The notes under the pieces are model-generated. The model did no database searches. It was given only the letters and a program-made list of their open reading frames with translations, and was not told where the DNA came from. Made by a program: the position numbers and the translations under genes. From contig CAWEXO010000013.1 in the NCBI GenBank assembly GCA_963813025.1, positions 544,001 through 608,000 of the forward strand: 64,000 nucleotides of DNA. The letters run 5' to 3'. Each line of letters starts with the position of its first letter. Positions within the stretch are counted from its first letter, which is position 1. Source of the DNA: an uncultured Verrucomicrobiae bacterium. Lineage in GTDB: Bacteria > Verrucomicrobiota > Verrucomicrobiia > Chthoniobacterales > JAFAMB01. Shown one piece after another: positions 29,852 to 39,693 of the stretch.

Positions 29852-30835
29852 ATGGACTACGTATCCTTCGGAAATACCGGCCTCAAAGTTTCCCGGCTGT
29901 GCCTTGGCTGCATGACCTACGGCAGTTCGCAATGGCGAGACTGGGTGCTTAACGAAGATGATGCCCGACCCTTCTTCAAACAGGCGGTTGACGCTGGGAT
30001 TAATTTCTTTGATACCGCCGATATGTATTCAGACGGTGCTAGCGAAGGGGTGACGGGCCGGTCTTTGAAGAAATTGGGTCTAAAGCGGGAGACTTACGTT
30101 TTGGCCACCAAAGTGTACAACCCGATGGGGGAGAGTCCGAACGAACGAGGGACCTCAAAGAAACACGTCCGTCACGCGATCGAGGCCAGTCTTCGGCGGC
30201 TCGGCCTCGATTATGTCGATCTTTATCAGATTCACCGTTACGACCATTCCACTCCGATGGAAGAGACTCTCGAAGCACTGACCGACGTCGTCTCCGCTGG
30301 TAAAGCGCTGTACATCGGAGCTTCTTCTATGTACGCGTGGGAGTTCCTCAAGTTTCTCAATCTCGCGGATCAGCATGGCTTGGCGCGTTTCGTTTCCATG
30401 CAAAATCATTACAATCTGGTCTACCGCGAAGAGGAGCGTGAGATGAATCCGCTGTGTCTGGATCAAGGCGTAGCCGTGATCCCTTGGAGTCCGCTCGCTC
30501 GAGGATTCCTCACCGGAAACCGGCGCGCGGCTGCTGACAAAGGGGATACCACGAGGGCGAAAAGCGATCAGTTCGCGCATGGAATGTACTTCCAGCCGGG
30601 CGACTTTGACGTGGTAGATCGAGTCACGGAACTTGCCAAAGAACGGGGCGTGAGCAACGCGTCAATCGCGTTGGCCTGGCTTCTTCAGCAGCGCGCAGTG
30701 ACTTCGCCAATTATCGGCGCGACAAAGCCGAATCATCTCGCGGACGCCATCAAAGCGCTGGACCTCAAGCTCACACCAGAGGAAATGAAAAGGCTCGAAG
30801 AACCGTATCGACCCCATCCGGTGCTGGGTTTCTAG
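29852..30835 (+). CDS. Aldo/keto reductase
   Basis: LCLGCM, FDTADMY, LATKV, DLYQIH, WSPLARG, PIIGAT. Confidence 0.93.
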   Translation: MDYVSFGNTGLKVSRLCLGCMTYGSSQWRDWVLNEDDARPFFKQAVDAGINFFDTADMYSDGASEGVTGRSLKKLGLKRETYVLATKVYNPMGESPNERGTSKKHVRHAIEASLRRLGLDYVDLYQIHRYDHSTPMEETLEALTDVVSAGKALYIGASSMYAWEFLKFLNLADQHGLARFVSMQNHYNLVYREEEREMNPLCLDQGVAVIPWSPLARGFLTGNRRAAADKGDTTRAKSDQFAHGMYFQPGDFDVVDRVTELAKERGVSNASIALAWLLQQRAVTSPIIGATKPNHLADAIKALDLKLTPEEMKRLEEPYRPHPVLGF

Positions 30836-30840
30836 GGGTC

Positions 30841-30889
30841 CCGAGTTTCGAGTCCCGTGTCCCGAGCCCCATGTCGCGAGTTGCGGGTT
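30841..30889 (+). repeat. Degenerate 7-mer tandem array
   Basis: CCGAGTT TCGAGTC CCGTGTC CCGAGCC CCATGTC GCGAGTT GCGGGTT. Confidence 0.6.
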
Positions 30890-31194
30890 GCCGAAGAAGC
30901 GTCTTTTCGGAAGTTTTGCGCACCCCGCGCTGTCATAAAGCAGCCAGAGTAAGCAAAGTCGTTGTTCAGGTGCTGTTTTTAATCGCGGCAGCTGGTTACT
31001 GTGTCTCGTCGGCTGTGCCAATCAGGGCGTCCTGCCTAACGTGCAGGGCAAGCCATTGTCTGGCTATGTACGACTCACGCAGAAACAGGTTGCATTTCCA
31101 GGAAGCTATTTAAACGACGGATCAGCCCGGGCGAGAGCATCAGCCTGAATATGTGGAAAGAGGAAGGTTCAATGTTGGCAGCGGCGTGCTCGAG

Positions 31195-32358
31195 TCACTC
31201 TGCACGCGCCTGTGCGGCCACGATGCTGGCAACACCTTTCTGGTTGCGCAACAGCTGACCGACATTCCACAGAATGAAACCGCCGGACTCCCGTGGTTTG
31301 ATCGAGGATTCTATAATGAGCTGACGTTGAATTTCCCCAGAAGGCCAGCCGAAGCCGGCACCCATTCTTTCTAAGGCAATACTCGGATAGACCGGAACGC
31401 CCCGTGGGTTCACTTCCGCGCTTCGCCACCAGCGGAGCAAGGCAGAGAAGCTCTGCGCTCCGCCGTCCGGCCAATAGAGTTGGGGAGAAAGGTAGTCGAC
31501 CCAGCCGTTCTTCAGCCACGCCACCGGATCGGCATAAAGATCCCGGAGTTGATCAAGATCGGCGCTGACTTCAGGAGGTTCTCCGTGGGTGTAGATGCCA
31601 AAAGGGCTCACCCCGAACTGCGCATCGGAGCGAATCGATTTTACCGCGGCGTGCAGATCGCGGACCAGCTCGTTTACATTTGCGCGTCGCCAGCTATCGA
31701 GCGGGAGTTTCCCACCGCGCGCAAGATAGTTTGCATAGATCGCCTGATCCGGAAAACTGCCTCGGGAATAGCCATTGCCGGGGTAAGGATAGAAATAGTC
31801 GTCTATCACCAGACCCGCAATCGCATAGCGCCCGACAAGATCACGCGCGACTCGGACGACGTGTTCGCGGACAGCGGGATCGCCCGGATCCATCCATAAA
31901 GCAGAGCCAACCCGATGGAGACTATGGCGAAACTCGTTGGCTTCGTGCGAGGATGCGAGCGGTGCGGAAGCGTTGGTCGCAGCCCGATACGGATTAATCC
32001 AGGCATGGATCGCTACTCCGCATTGAGCCCCTTCATGAATAAAATAGGCGAGGGGGTCATAGCCGGGTGATTCGCCTTGCGTGCCGGTCAGATAGCGGCT
32101 CCACGGTTCCAGCCGAGAGGCATAAAGCGCGTCTCCTTCCGGGCGTACCTGGACCATTAACGCGTTCAGCCCGTCAGCTGCCGCAATCCGGACGAGCAAA
32201 CGAATCTCGGCCTTTTGTTGCGTTTCACTCAGGCCCAAGCTGGAGGGAAAGTTGAGGTTATAAACCGAAGCAACCCAAGCTGCCCGGAACTCCCGAGCGG
32301 AGGCGAATGGTGTCAGTGCGAGAAGAACGAGAGCCGACAAATGACTTCGCGGAACCAT
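31195..32358 (-). CDS. Glycoside hydrolase-like 10 (YddW/DigH family) secreted protein
   Basis: Signal peptide; EFRAAWVASV, QVRPEGDALY, HAWINPYR, DDYFYPY, GVSPFG, PQLYW. Confidence 0.88.
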   Translation of the reverse strand: MVPRSHLSALVLLALTPFASAREFRAAWVASVYNLNFPSSLGLSETQQKAEIRLLVRIAAADGLNALMVQVRPEGDALYASRLEPWSRYLTGTQGESPGYDPLAYFIHEGAQCGVAIHAWINPYRAATNASAPLASSHEANEFRHSLHRVGSALWMDPGDPAVREHVVRVARDLVGRYAIAGLVIDDYFYPYPGNGYSRGSFPDQAIYANYLARGGKLPLDSWRRANVNELVRDLHAAVKSIRSDAQFGVSPFGIYTHGEPPEVSADLDQLRDLYADPVAWLKNGWVDYLSPQLYWPDGGAQSFSALLRWWRSAEVNPRGVPVYPSIALERMGAGFGWPSGEIQRQLIIESSIKPRESGGFILWNVGQLLRNQKGVASIVAAQARAE

Positions 32359-32363
32359 GCCGT

Positions 32364-32500
32364 GGAGTTTAGGAGATGAAGAGTTCGGAAGTCTAGAATT
32401 TTAGGAGTGGCAGGAGTGGCGGCCCATGGCCGTCGGCCGATGACCGATGACCGATTGCCGATCACTCCCGACTCCTGATTCCTGGAACTCCTGCGAATCC
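32364..32500. repeat. Inverted degenerate GGAGT/ACTCC arrays around a CCGATGA 7-mer array
   Basis: aggagtggcaggagtggc ... ccgatgaccgatgaccgattgccgatc ... actcccgactcctgattcctggaactcctg. Confidence 0.6.
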
Positions 32501-32504
32501 TCTC

Positions 32505-33305
32505 TCACTCCTCCAGTCTCTCGGCGTTGACGAACTTGATCTGCCCTCGCTCCCTCTGCACAAATTCCTCGGCCAACGCGCGGTAGGCAATTGCTCCAAC
32601 CCCGTTCGGTTCATATTCGATGATCGGCTTACCGAAGCTTGGCGCTTCGCCCAGGCGCACCGAGCGCGGAACAATTGTTTGGTAAACCAATGCGTCGAAA
32701 TGCCGGCGCACCTCACCAACCACCTGCTGGCTGAGATTCGTGCGGGCATCGTACATTGTCATCACGATTCCGCCAATCTGGAGCTTGGCGTTGACCGTTT
32801 TCATCCGCTCGACAATCTGGACAATCTTAGAGAGCCCCTCCAAGGCGAAATACTCGCATTGCAATGGGATGAGGAGCTGGTCAGCCGCGGCCAGCGCGTT
32901 CGTCATTAAAATGCCGAGCGAGGGCGGGCAGTCCAAAAATATATAGTCAAAGCGTGCGGCATCTCCGAGCTGGGCGAGTACAGTTCGTAACCGGGTCAAG
33001 TGATCATCGACGCGGGCGATCTCAATCTCGGCTCCAGCCAGGTCAAGGTCCGCCGGGATAATCGAAAGGTTCGCGAAGCGTGTCGCGATAACTTTGTCGG
33101 CGATCTTGGCAAGCCCAATCAGCGGCTCGTAGAGGCTCTTGCCGGCCGTATCTTCCACTCCGAGCGCGCTGGTCGCATTTCCTTGAGGGTCCAGATCGAT
33201 CAGGAGAACCCTCTTACCCTTAGCCGCCAGACAGGACGAAAGATTAACCGCGGTTGTTGTCTTGCCGACGCCTCCTTTCTGATTGGCAATCGCCAGCAAC
33301 TTCAT
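32505..33305 (-). CDS. parA: ParA/Soj family ATPase
   Basis: NQKGGVGKTT, DLDPQGNA, DCPPSLG, QCEYFALEG, EAPSFG. Confidence 0.92.
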   Translation of the reverse strand: MKLLAIANQKGGVGKTTTAVNLSSCLAAKGKRVLLIDLDPQGNATSALGVEDTAGKSLYEPLIGLAKIADKVIATRFANLSIIPADLDLAGAEIEIARVDDHLTRLRTVLAQLGDAARFDYIFLDCPPSLGILMTNALAAADQLLIPLQCEYFALEGLSKIVQIVERMKTVNAKLQIGGIVMTMYDARTNLSQQVVGEVRRHFDALVYQTIVPRSVRLGEAPSFGKPIIEYEPNGVGAIAYRALAEEFVQRERGQIKFVNAERLEE

Positions 33306-33559
33306 TTTTCAGAGAGTGTGGTCGTCGCGGACCTCGGTGGAAAGAAAATTTGCATAGCGGGGACGGGGCAGTGGGAGCGGCTTCAGCGGCGTGAGGTACT
33401 TGGCAGTTAGCAACGAAGAGTTTCCAGGCAGCCCAACCGCATTTCTCTTCGCTTCCGTGCTCTCGCGCTACATCCCTCCGCTGAGCCGCTCCCACCGCTT
33501 CCTCCGCTCCCACCGCTTCCATTGACTCTCCTTTGTTCAGTTGCCATCTTCCCTGTCCC

Positions 33560-36500
33560 ATGCCTCCGGTCACTATCACTGAACGCTTTCTTATGGACAC
33601 GGGTGGGTGGCCGGCGATGAAGCACGCCAAAGCCCTGGTCGAGATGGGCCGGGTGGTGACTGCTCGGTATCGGCCGCCAGTGCTCCAAGGCGTGGTGCGT
33701 GAAGGAGATATTGAATACCGCGCCGGCCTGAAGATAGCGGATTATAGCCGGGTCGAAAACCTCTGTTCCTGTCGTGATTCGCGGCAGTGGGGAAAGATCT
33801 GCCCCCATTCTCTAGCTGTTGGATTGGCGACGATTCAGCCGAGCACGCCGGTCGCAGCAAAGTTGACGCCGGCCACGCCGGTGCGCGGTCCGCGGCTGCT
33901 CACGGAAGGCTCCGGGGATCGAATCGAACTTCATGTTGTGATCGCGCCAACCCTTCTGAATACGTGGCCGAAGGACCAGGTGATGGTCGGTTTTGAAGTT
34001 TCAATTAAGACGAACCGAATTCTGGCCAGCGCCCTGCCAGCGGATCGCGCGTTCGTTTGCTCTGTGCCCGATCGGGAAATTCTCGATGGTTATCGTCCTT
34101 TGTTCAATGGGAAGTTGCCGGGGATGGCGACGTTGTCCCGCAACGATTTTCTGGAATTGCTTCGGCGGCTACCGGAGCATCCCAGAGTTTCGTTTGGCCG
34201 GAATGCCAAAGCAACTGTGGAAAAGCAAGGACTGCGGCCGCCCCTGCGCATAAGGCGCCTCGCTGACGATCGCTGCGAGATCACGTGCAAAATCGACGGC
34301 GCTCTCCTGGCTGGCGACCAATCGGCGTGGGTATTGCGCGGTCATACTTTTATCCCCGTCGCGCCCGGTGTTCCGGCTGCTTATTTTCCCGTTCTATTCA
34401 AGCCCATCATTCTGTCCCGTGTACAGGGACTCATCTTTGCGCGCGATGAACTTCCCAAGTTATCTGCATTTTTTTCGATCGAGGGCGGGGAAACGGTTCC
34501 GGAGGCGCAGCCGGGGACACCCGGTGTGGTCGCGACATTCGAGGGTTCCCTCAATCATCTTTCGGGACGGGTGCAATGTTTTTATGACAACCGGATTGTC
34601 ACAGCGGGATTAACCCCGGCCAGCGACGCCTTCATCTATGAAGCGAACGGACGGCCTTGGACGCGTAACCTGGAGTTTGAGAGTCGATGCGTGGAGCGCC
34701 TCGCGAGAGCTGGCTTTGCACTTTCGCGTTCGACCGGCGAGTTCGTTTTGCGCGGTCAGAATGCTATCCTGCAGTTCTTTGCCTCCGAGTTACCCAGACT
34801 GGAAAAGATCTGGAAGGTGTCGATCGGCAGCCGGTTTGCGAACGTCACAAAACAGGTCGAACGGATTGCGCCGCACTTCGCCATCACCAGTTCCGGGGAA
34901 GACTGGTTCGATCTTTCGTTTTCGTTGGCCAGCGCGAGCGGCGAGCGTTTTTCCAACGCCGAGGTCCAGCGGCTGCTGCAACTAGGCCAGGGATTTACCC
35001 GACTGAAGAATGGGAAATTGGCGGTATTCAATTCGATCGACCTCGAAACCGTACAGGATGTCCTGACTGATTGTTCTCCAGATCAGGTCGTGCCCGGCAC
35101 CTATCGGCTGGGCCGTGCTCAGGCCGGTTTTGTCAGCGGAACCTTAGGCGCTTTGCCGGGCGCGGTAATGGAAGCAGGCGGCTGGTTCAACGAATGGGCG
35201 CTTCGCCAACAGCAGCTCAAGCCGTTTGAGCCGGTCCCACTCGGTTCGTTTGAATCCCTGCTCCGGCCGTATCAGAAGCAGGGCGCGTACTGGTTGCATT
35301 TCCTCTATCAAAACCGGCTTGGAGGGATCCTGGCCGATGAAATGGGTCTGGGTAAAACGGTCCAGTCTCTCGCCTTTCTTTCATCGCTCCCCGGTCCGGC
35401 ATTGGTTGTGTGTCCTGCCTCGCTCCTGTTCAATTGGCGACGCGAAACAGAGCGGTTCGCACCTCATCTGCGTGTCTTAACCATCGAAGGACCTAATCGC
35501 TCCAAGCTGTTTCCGGAGATAAAGAACCACAATTTGGTTCTGACCAGTTATCCACTGCTCCGACGCGACAGCGACGCTTACCGGCCGTTTGAATTTTCCG
35601 CGATCGTCCTGGACGAGGCGACCCACATTAAGAACCCGGATACGCAAAACACCCAGGCGGCTATGGCGCTCCGCGGCCGCTACCGGTTTGTCTTGACCGG
35701 CACTCCGGTGGAAAATTCGGTGCGGGATCTGTGGTCGATCATGAATTTCGTTCTCCCTGGGTACCTCAGTTCACGCAACGATTTTCGTGAGCGATATGAG
35801 CTGCCAATCAGCCGCGGATCGGAAGCCGAGAAAATCAGGCTGGCCAAACGGATTCGCCCCGTCATGCTCCGGCGGTTAAAACGCGAGGTGGCGCGCGAAT
35901 TGCCCGAAAAGATCGAGCAAGTGTCGCTCTGCGAACTTTCGCCGGAACAACGCGAGCTGTACCGAAAAATTCACTCCGAGGCCCAGCGAAAGCTGGATGA
36001 ACTTCAGGGAGAAAAGAATCGTGGTGCTGCCCGGATGACAATGTTAACCACTCTCTTGCGTTTACGCCAGGTCTGCTGTGACGTTCGTCTGGTCGGTCAA
36101 GACGGGAGCTCCGGGAAACTGGAGATGTTTCTCGAGCTGCTGGAAGAGGTGATTGACGGCGGTCATCGTGTCCTCGTTTTCAGCCAGTTTGTGCAAATGC
36201 TACACCTGCTGCGAACCGAGCTGGAGAACTCGGGCATAAATTTTTGTTATCTCGACGGCCAAAGCAAAGATCGAGAAGAAGTGGTAAATCGTTTTCAGGC
36301 AAACTCGGATATTCCCGCATTTCTGATCAGCCTCAAGGCCGGCGGTGTCGGGCTGACGCTTACCGGAGCGGACACTATTTTCCACTATGATCCCTGGTGG
36401 AATCCGGCTGTCGAGGATCAGGCAACGGACCGGGCGCATCGCATCGGACAGGAACGCACTGTCACTTCCTATAAATTAATCAGCCGCGGCACGGTCGAAG

Positions 36501-36625
36501 AGAAGATTGTCGCGCTACAACAAAAGAAGAGAGCAATTATCGACGCCACTGTGGAAAGCGAGGAACCGCTGATGACGGGTCTTTCAACCGAAGAGATTGC
36601 CGACCTGATCAGCGGCGAGCTGTGA
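33560..36625 (+). CDS. SWIM zinc finger-SNF2 family helicase
   Basis: CSC...CPH SWIM motif; LADEMGLGKT, DEATHIKN, LTGTPVEN, DPWWNPAVEDQATDRAHRIGQ. Confidence 0.93.
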   Translation: MPPVTITERFLMDTGGWPAMKHAKALVEMGRVVTARYRPPVLQGVVREGDIEYRAGLKIADYSRVENLCSCRDSRQWGKICPHSLAVGLATIQPSTPVAAKLTPATPVRGPRLLTEGSGDRIELHVVIAPTLLNTWPKDQVMVGFEVSIKTNRILASALPADRAFVCSVPDREILDGYRPLFNGKLPGMATLSRNDFLELLRRLPEHPRVSFGRNAKATVEKQGLRPPLRIRRLADDRCEITCKIDGALLAGDQSAWVLRGHTFIPVAPGVPAAYFPVLFKPIILSRVQGLIFARDELPKLSAFFSIEGGETVPEAQPGTPGVVATFEGSLNHLSGRVQCFYDNRIVTAGLTPASDAFIYEANGRPWTRNLEFESRCVERLARAGFALSRSTGEFVLRGQNAILQFFASELPRLEKIWKVSIGSRFANVTKQVERIAPHFAITSSGEDWFDLSFSLASASGERFSNAEVQRLLQLGQGFTRLKNGKLAVFNSIDLETVQDVLTDCSPDQVVPGTYRLGRAQAGFVSGTLGALPGAVMEAGGWFNEWALRQQQLKPFEPVPLGSFESLLRPYQKQGAYWLHFLYQNRLGGILADEMGLGKTVQSLAFLSSLPGPALVVCPASLLFNWRRETERFAPHLRVLTIEGPNRSKLFPEIKNHNLVLTSYPLLRRDSDAYRPFEFSAIVLDEATHIKNPDTQNTQAAMALRGRYRFVLTGTPVENSVRDLWSIMNFVLPGYLSSRNDFRERYELPISRGSEAEKIRLAKRIRPVMLRRLKREVARELPEKIEQVSLCELSPEQRELYRKIHSEAQRKLDELQGEKNRGAARMTMLTTLLRLRQVCCDVRLVGQDGSSGKLEMFLELLEEVIDGGHRVLVFSQFVQMLHLLRTELENSGINFCYLDGQSKDREEVVNRFQANSDIPAFLISLKAGGVGLTLTGADTIFHYDPWWNPAVEDQATDRAHRIGQERTVTSYKLISRGTVEEKIVALQQKKRAIIDATVESEEPLMTGLSTEEIADLISGEL

Positions 36626-36829
36626 GAGCGAGGCGAGCCGGCCCCGACTCATGGCGTATCTTGCTCCTGCCCCGGAGCGGACGGCGTGTTCGCCATAGCT
36701 TCAGCGAAGGAGGAGCGGCGACAAGTCGGACGCACTCCATGACGCTTATGCTCGCGTTGTCCGCGCGAGGGCGCTCGAATATTGGCCGCCGGCGTTTTCG
36801 CTCAAGGCTCATCCGAGCTATTTTGCGAT

Positions 36830-37519
36830 ATGCTTAAAGTAACTTTCCTAGGTCATGCCGCTTTCTGCCTCGAAAGCGATGGTACGCAGCTGCTCATTGA
36901 TCCTTTTCTGACCGGCAATCCAAAGGCGAAGGCTAAGCCGGAAGACTTTCGACCCGGGTTTATCGTACTGAGCCATGGGCACGGCGATCACGTGGGCGAT
37001 ACCGTAGCGATCGCCAAACGCACCCACGCAAAAGTGATCGCGCCCTTTGAGCTGGGCAACTGGCTTGGCGGCCAGGGAGTTGATGCCCAGCCGATGGGGT
37101 ATGGTGGTTGGTCGAAGTTTCCTTTTGGAGCGGTAAAATTTACTGCGGCAATCCACAGCTCATCTGCCACCGGCGACGACGGGAAACCTATCTACCTGGG
37201 CGAACCGGCTGGTATCTTGCTCGATTTCCATGGGAAACGGGTTTATCACGCCGGCGATACGGCCCTGTTTTCCGACATGCGCTTAATTGGGGAAGACGCT
37301 CCGATCGACTTGGCTTGTCTTCCGATTGGCGAACATTTTGTCATGGGTCCAAAAGACGCCGCCAAAGCAGTCGAATTCCTCAAACCGAAACACGTTGTTC
37401 CGATGCATTACGGCACTTTTCCTGTGCTCTATGGAGATCCGAAAGAGTTCGCCCGTCTGGCTCAAGGAAAAGGAGCCGAGATCTCGATCCTTGAGGCCGG
37501 CGATGCCTTGGAGCTATAG
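36830..37519 (+). CDS. Metallo-beta-lactamase-fold metal-dependent hydrolase (UPF0173)
   Basis: FLGHA, IDPFL, SHGHGDH, YHAGDT, PMHYGTF. Confidence 0.9.
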   Translation: MLKVTFLGHAAFCLESDGTQLLIDPFLTGNPKAKAKPEDFRPGFIVLSHGHGDHVGDTVAIAKRTHAKVIAPFELGNWLGGQGVDAQPMGYGGWSKFPFGAVKFTAAIHSSSATGDDGKPIYLGEPAGILLDFHGKRVYHAGDTALFSDMRLIGEDAPIDLACLPIGEHFVMGPKDAAKAVEFLKPKHVVPMHYGTFPVLYGDPKEFARLAQGKGAEISILEAGDALEL

Positions 37520-37585
37520 GACGGACAAGGACGGATAAAAGGCCTCCTGAAGTGAAGCGTAGCGTTGGACTTTTCCGCGACCTGA

Positions 37586-37629
37586 CGGGCGAACCGATCC
37601 TGGTTCCTTGACCCTCCCAAAAAAGACGC
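37586..37629 (+). repeat. Direct repeat, copy 1 (partner at 48068-48110)
   Basis: CGGGCGAACCGATCCTGGTTCCTTGACCCTCCCAAAAAAGACGC vs CGGGCGAACCGATCCTGGTTTTTTGGACCTCCCAAAAAGACGC. Confidence 0.85.
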
Positions 37630-37781
37630 ATAACTGGAAATGGCCTGCCCTCCACGGGCAATTGCGGCTTTAATCCCGTACAAAAGCCTTTCATAAACGA
37701 TTGGAAACCCACCTCGCTCCCGAGTATCATCACCGGGTAGAGTCGGCAATCCGTGTACCACCATTGGTTTGGGCGGAGCTC

Positions 37782-37960
37782 ATGAAAAAGTTACCTCGAC
37801 AATTACCGGAGGCGCAGCAAGAGGGCGTGCGCCTGAACTTCTACGATGGCCTGAGGCAACGAGAGATCGCGTCCCCAAAGGCGCTCGCGTCAAACACTGT
37901 CAAGACACCCGCTTTGAACGTTGCGCAGAAAAAGCTTCTAACCCGCCTTCCGGCGCTTCC
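37782..37960 (+). pseudogene. Remnant of an ECF sigma factor region 4
   Basis: QLPEAQQEGVRLNFYDGLRQREIA...NTVKT resembles the sigma-70 region 4 HTH; no region 2 upstream. Confidence 0.55.
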
Positions 37961-38022
37961 CGAGAAACGCTTTGACCCGGTCTGGCCGATTGCGGCCTGA
38001 ACGCTCTAAGTGTCACGCTTTC

Positions 38023-39666
38023 ATGACTACACATCCACTTGCAGGTAAACCCGCACCGAAAGACCTCTTGATCGACGTGAGCCGAGTCGAAGCCGCATTC
38101 TACGAGGCCAAGCCCGATCCGACAGACCCGAATCAGCTCGTAAGCTTCGGCACCAGCGGCCATCGCGGCACCAGCTCGAACGCGACGTTTACCGAAGCGC
38201 ACATCCTGGCCATCACCCAAGCTATCTGCGAATACCGGCGCCACCAGGGCATCACGGGCCCGTTGTTCATGGGCAAAGACACCCACGCGCTTTCCCGGCC
38301 TGCCGAACGCGTGGCACTCGAAGTACTCGCCGCGAATGGAGTGGAGACATTCATTCAGCGCGATGACGGCTTCACACCGACCCCGGTCATATCACGCTCC
38401 ATCCTGGTGCACAACCGGGGTAGGTCGAATGGTCTCGCCGACGGCATTGTCGTCACCCCCTCGCACAACCCGCCCACCGACGGCGGCTTCAAATACAACC
38501 CGCCTAACGGCGGTCCGGCCGACACGGACGTCACCGACCAGATTCAAACCAGAGCCAACGAGCTGCTGCGGGCGGGGAACAAAGGCGTTCAGCGCCTCGT
38601 CTTCAAAGCCGCCTTCGAGGCGTCCACAACTCGAACAGAAGACTTCGTCGCGCCTTATGTGGGGGACCTTGCTAACGTCATCGATCTGGAAGCCATCCGT
38701 TCTTCCGGCGTGAGGATCGGCGTCGATCCGCTTGGTGGCGCGGCGTCGGCGTATTGGCAACCGCTGGCCGAGCGCTACGGGCTCAACATCAAAGTCGTGA
38801 ACCCCAAGATTGACCCAACCTTCGCATTCATGCCAGTAGATCACGACGGCAAGATCCGGATGGATTGCTCCAGCCCCTACGCGATGGCCGGACTGGTTGA
38901 ACTCAAGGACCGCTTCGATATCGCGTTTGGCAACGATCCGGACTCTGACCGGCACGGCATTGTCACTCCCTCCGCCGGTCTTCTAAACCCGAACCACTAT
39001 CTCGCGGTCGCAATCCGTTATCTTCTCACCAATCGCCCCCATTGGCCTGTTAGCGCAGTCGTCGGCAAAACGCTCGTCAGTAGTTCTCTGATCGATCGCG
39101 TTGTCGCCAGCCTCGGTGGCAAGCTTTGGGAAGTGCCCGTCGGCTTCAAATGGTTCACGCCTCGCCTGTTCGATGGCTCCTGTTGTTTCGGCGGCGAGGA
39201 AAGTGCCGGCGCAAGCTTCATCCGGCGCGACGGCACAGTCTGGAGCACGGACAAAGACGGCCTGATTCTTGGCCTGCTCGCCGCGGAAATCACCGCGCGC
39301 GCTGGGAAGGATCCCGGCTTGCATTACCAGGAGCTCTCCGCCGAGTTCGGCACGCCATTTTACACTCGCATCGACGCTCCCGCCACGCCTGAGCAGAAGA
39401 ACCGGCTCAAGAAACTCTCGCCGGAAGCCGTCACTGCCACCGAACTCGCCGGCGAACCCATCACGGCGAAACTCACTCGTGCTCCCGGCAACGACGCCCC
39501 GATCGGCGGGTTGAAGGTGGTCTCAGCCACCGGCTGGTTCGCTGCGCGCCCGTCGGGCACGGAAAACATCTACAAACTCTACGCCGAGAGCCTGAAAAGC
39601 GCCGACCATCTCAGCGCCATCATCGAGCAAGCACAGGAGATCGTCAGTCGCTCGTTGGGCGGGTGA
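38023..39666 (+). CDS. pgm: Phosphoglucomutase (alpha-D-glucose-1,6-bisphosphate-dependent)
   Basis: [34 protein letters not shown]. Confidence 0.95.
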   Translation: MTTHPLAGKPAPKDLLIDVSRVEAAFYEAKPDPTDPNQLVSFGTSGHRGTSSNATFTEAHILAITQAICEYRRHQGITGPLFMGKDTHALSRPAERVALEVLAANGVETFIQRDDGFTPTPVISRSILVHNRGRSNGLADGIVVTPSHNPPTDGGFKYNPPNGGPADTDVTDQIQTRANELLRAGNKGVQRLVFKAAFEASTTRTEDFVAPYVGDLANVIDLEAIRSSGVRIGVDPLGGAASAYWQPLAERYGLNIKVVNPKIDPTFAFMPVDHDGKIRMDCSSPYAMAGLVELKDRFDIAFGNDPDSDRHGIVTPSAGLLNPNHYLAVAIRYLLTNRPHWPVSAVVGKTLVSSSLIDRVVASLGGKLWEVPVGFKWFTPRLFDGSCCFGGEESAGASFIRRDGTVWSTDKDGLILGLLAAEITARAGKDPGLHYQELSAEFGTPFYTRIDAPATPEQKNRLKKLSPEAVTATELAGEPITAKLTRAPGNDAPIGGLKVVSATGWFAARPSGTENIYKLYAESLKSADHLSAIIEQAQEIVSRSLGG

Positions 39667-39693
39667 GTAACGGCTGAACCTCGCAGGAGGCCA

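Noticed and set aside
32505..33305. Plasmid or prophage partition cassette
   Set aside because: No adjacent parB or rep gene; sequence looks like chromosomal Soj among housekeeping genes.
33560..36625. SNF2 helicase as part of an anti-phage system
   Set aside because: SWIM-SNF2 architecture is a widespread stand-alone type; no methylase, nuclease or other defence partner is adjacent.
36685..36722. ncRNA or riboswitch in 36626-36830 and 60690-60980
   Set aside because: Hairpins resemble dispersed REP-like motifs (CCTCCTTCGCT...) and I could not match any riboswitch consensus.
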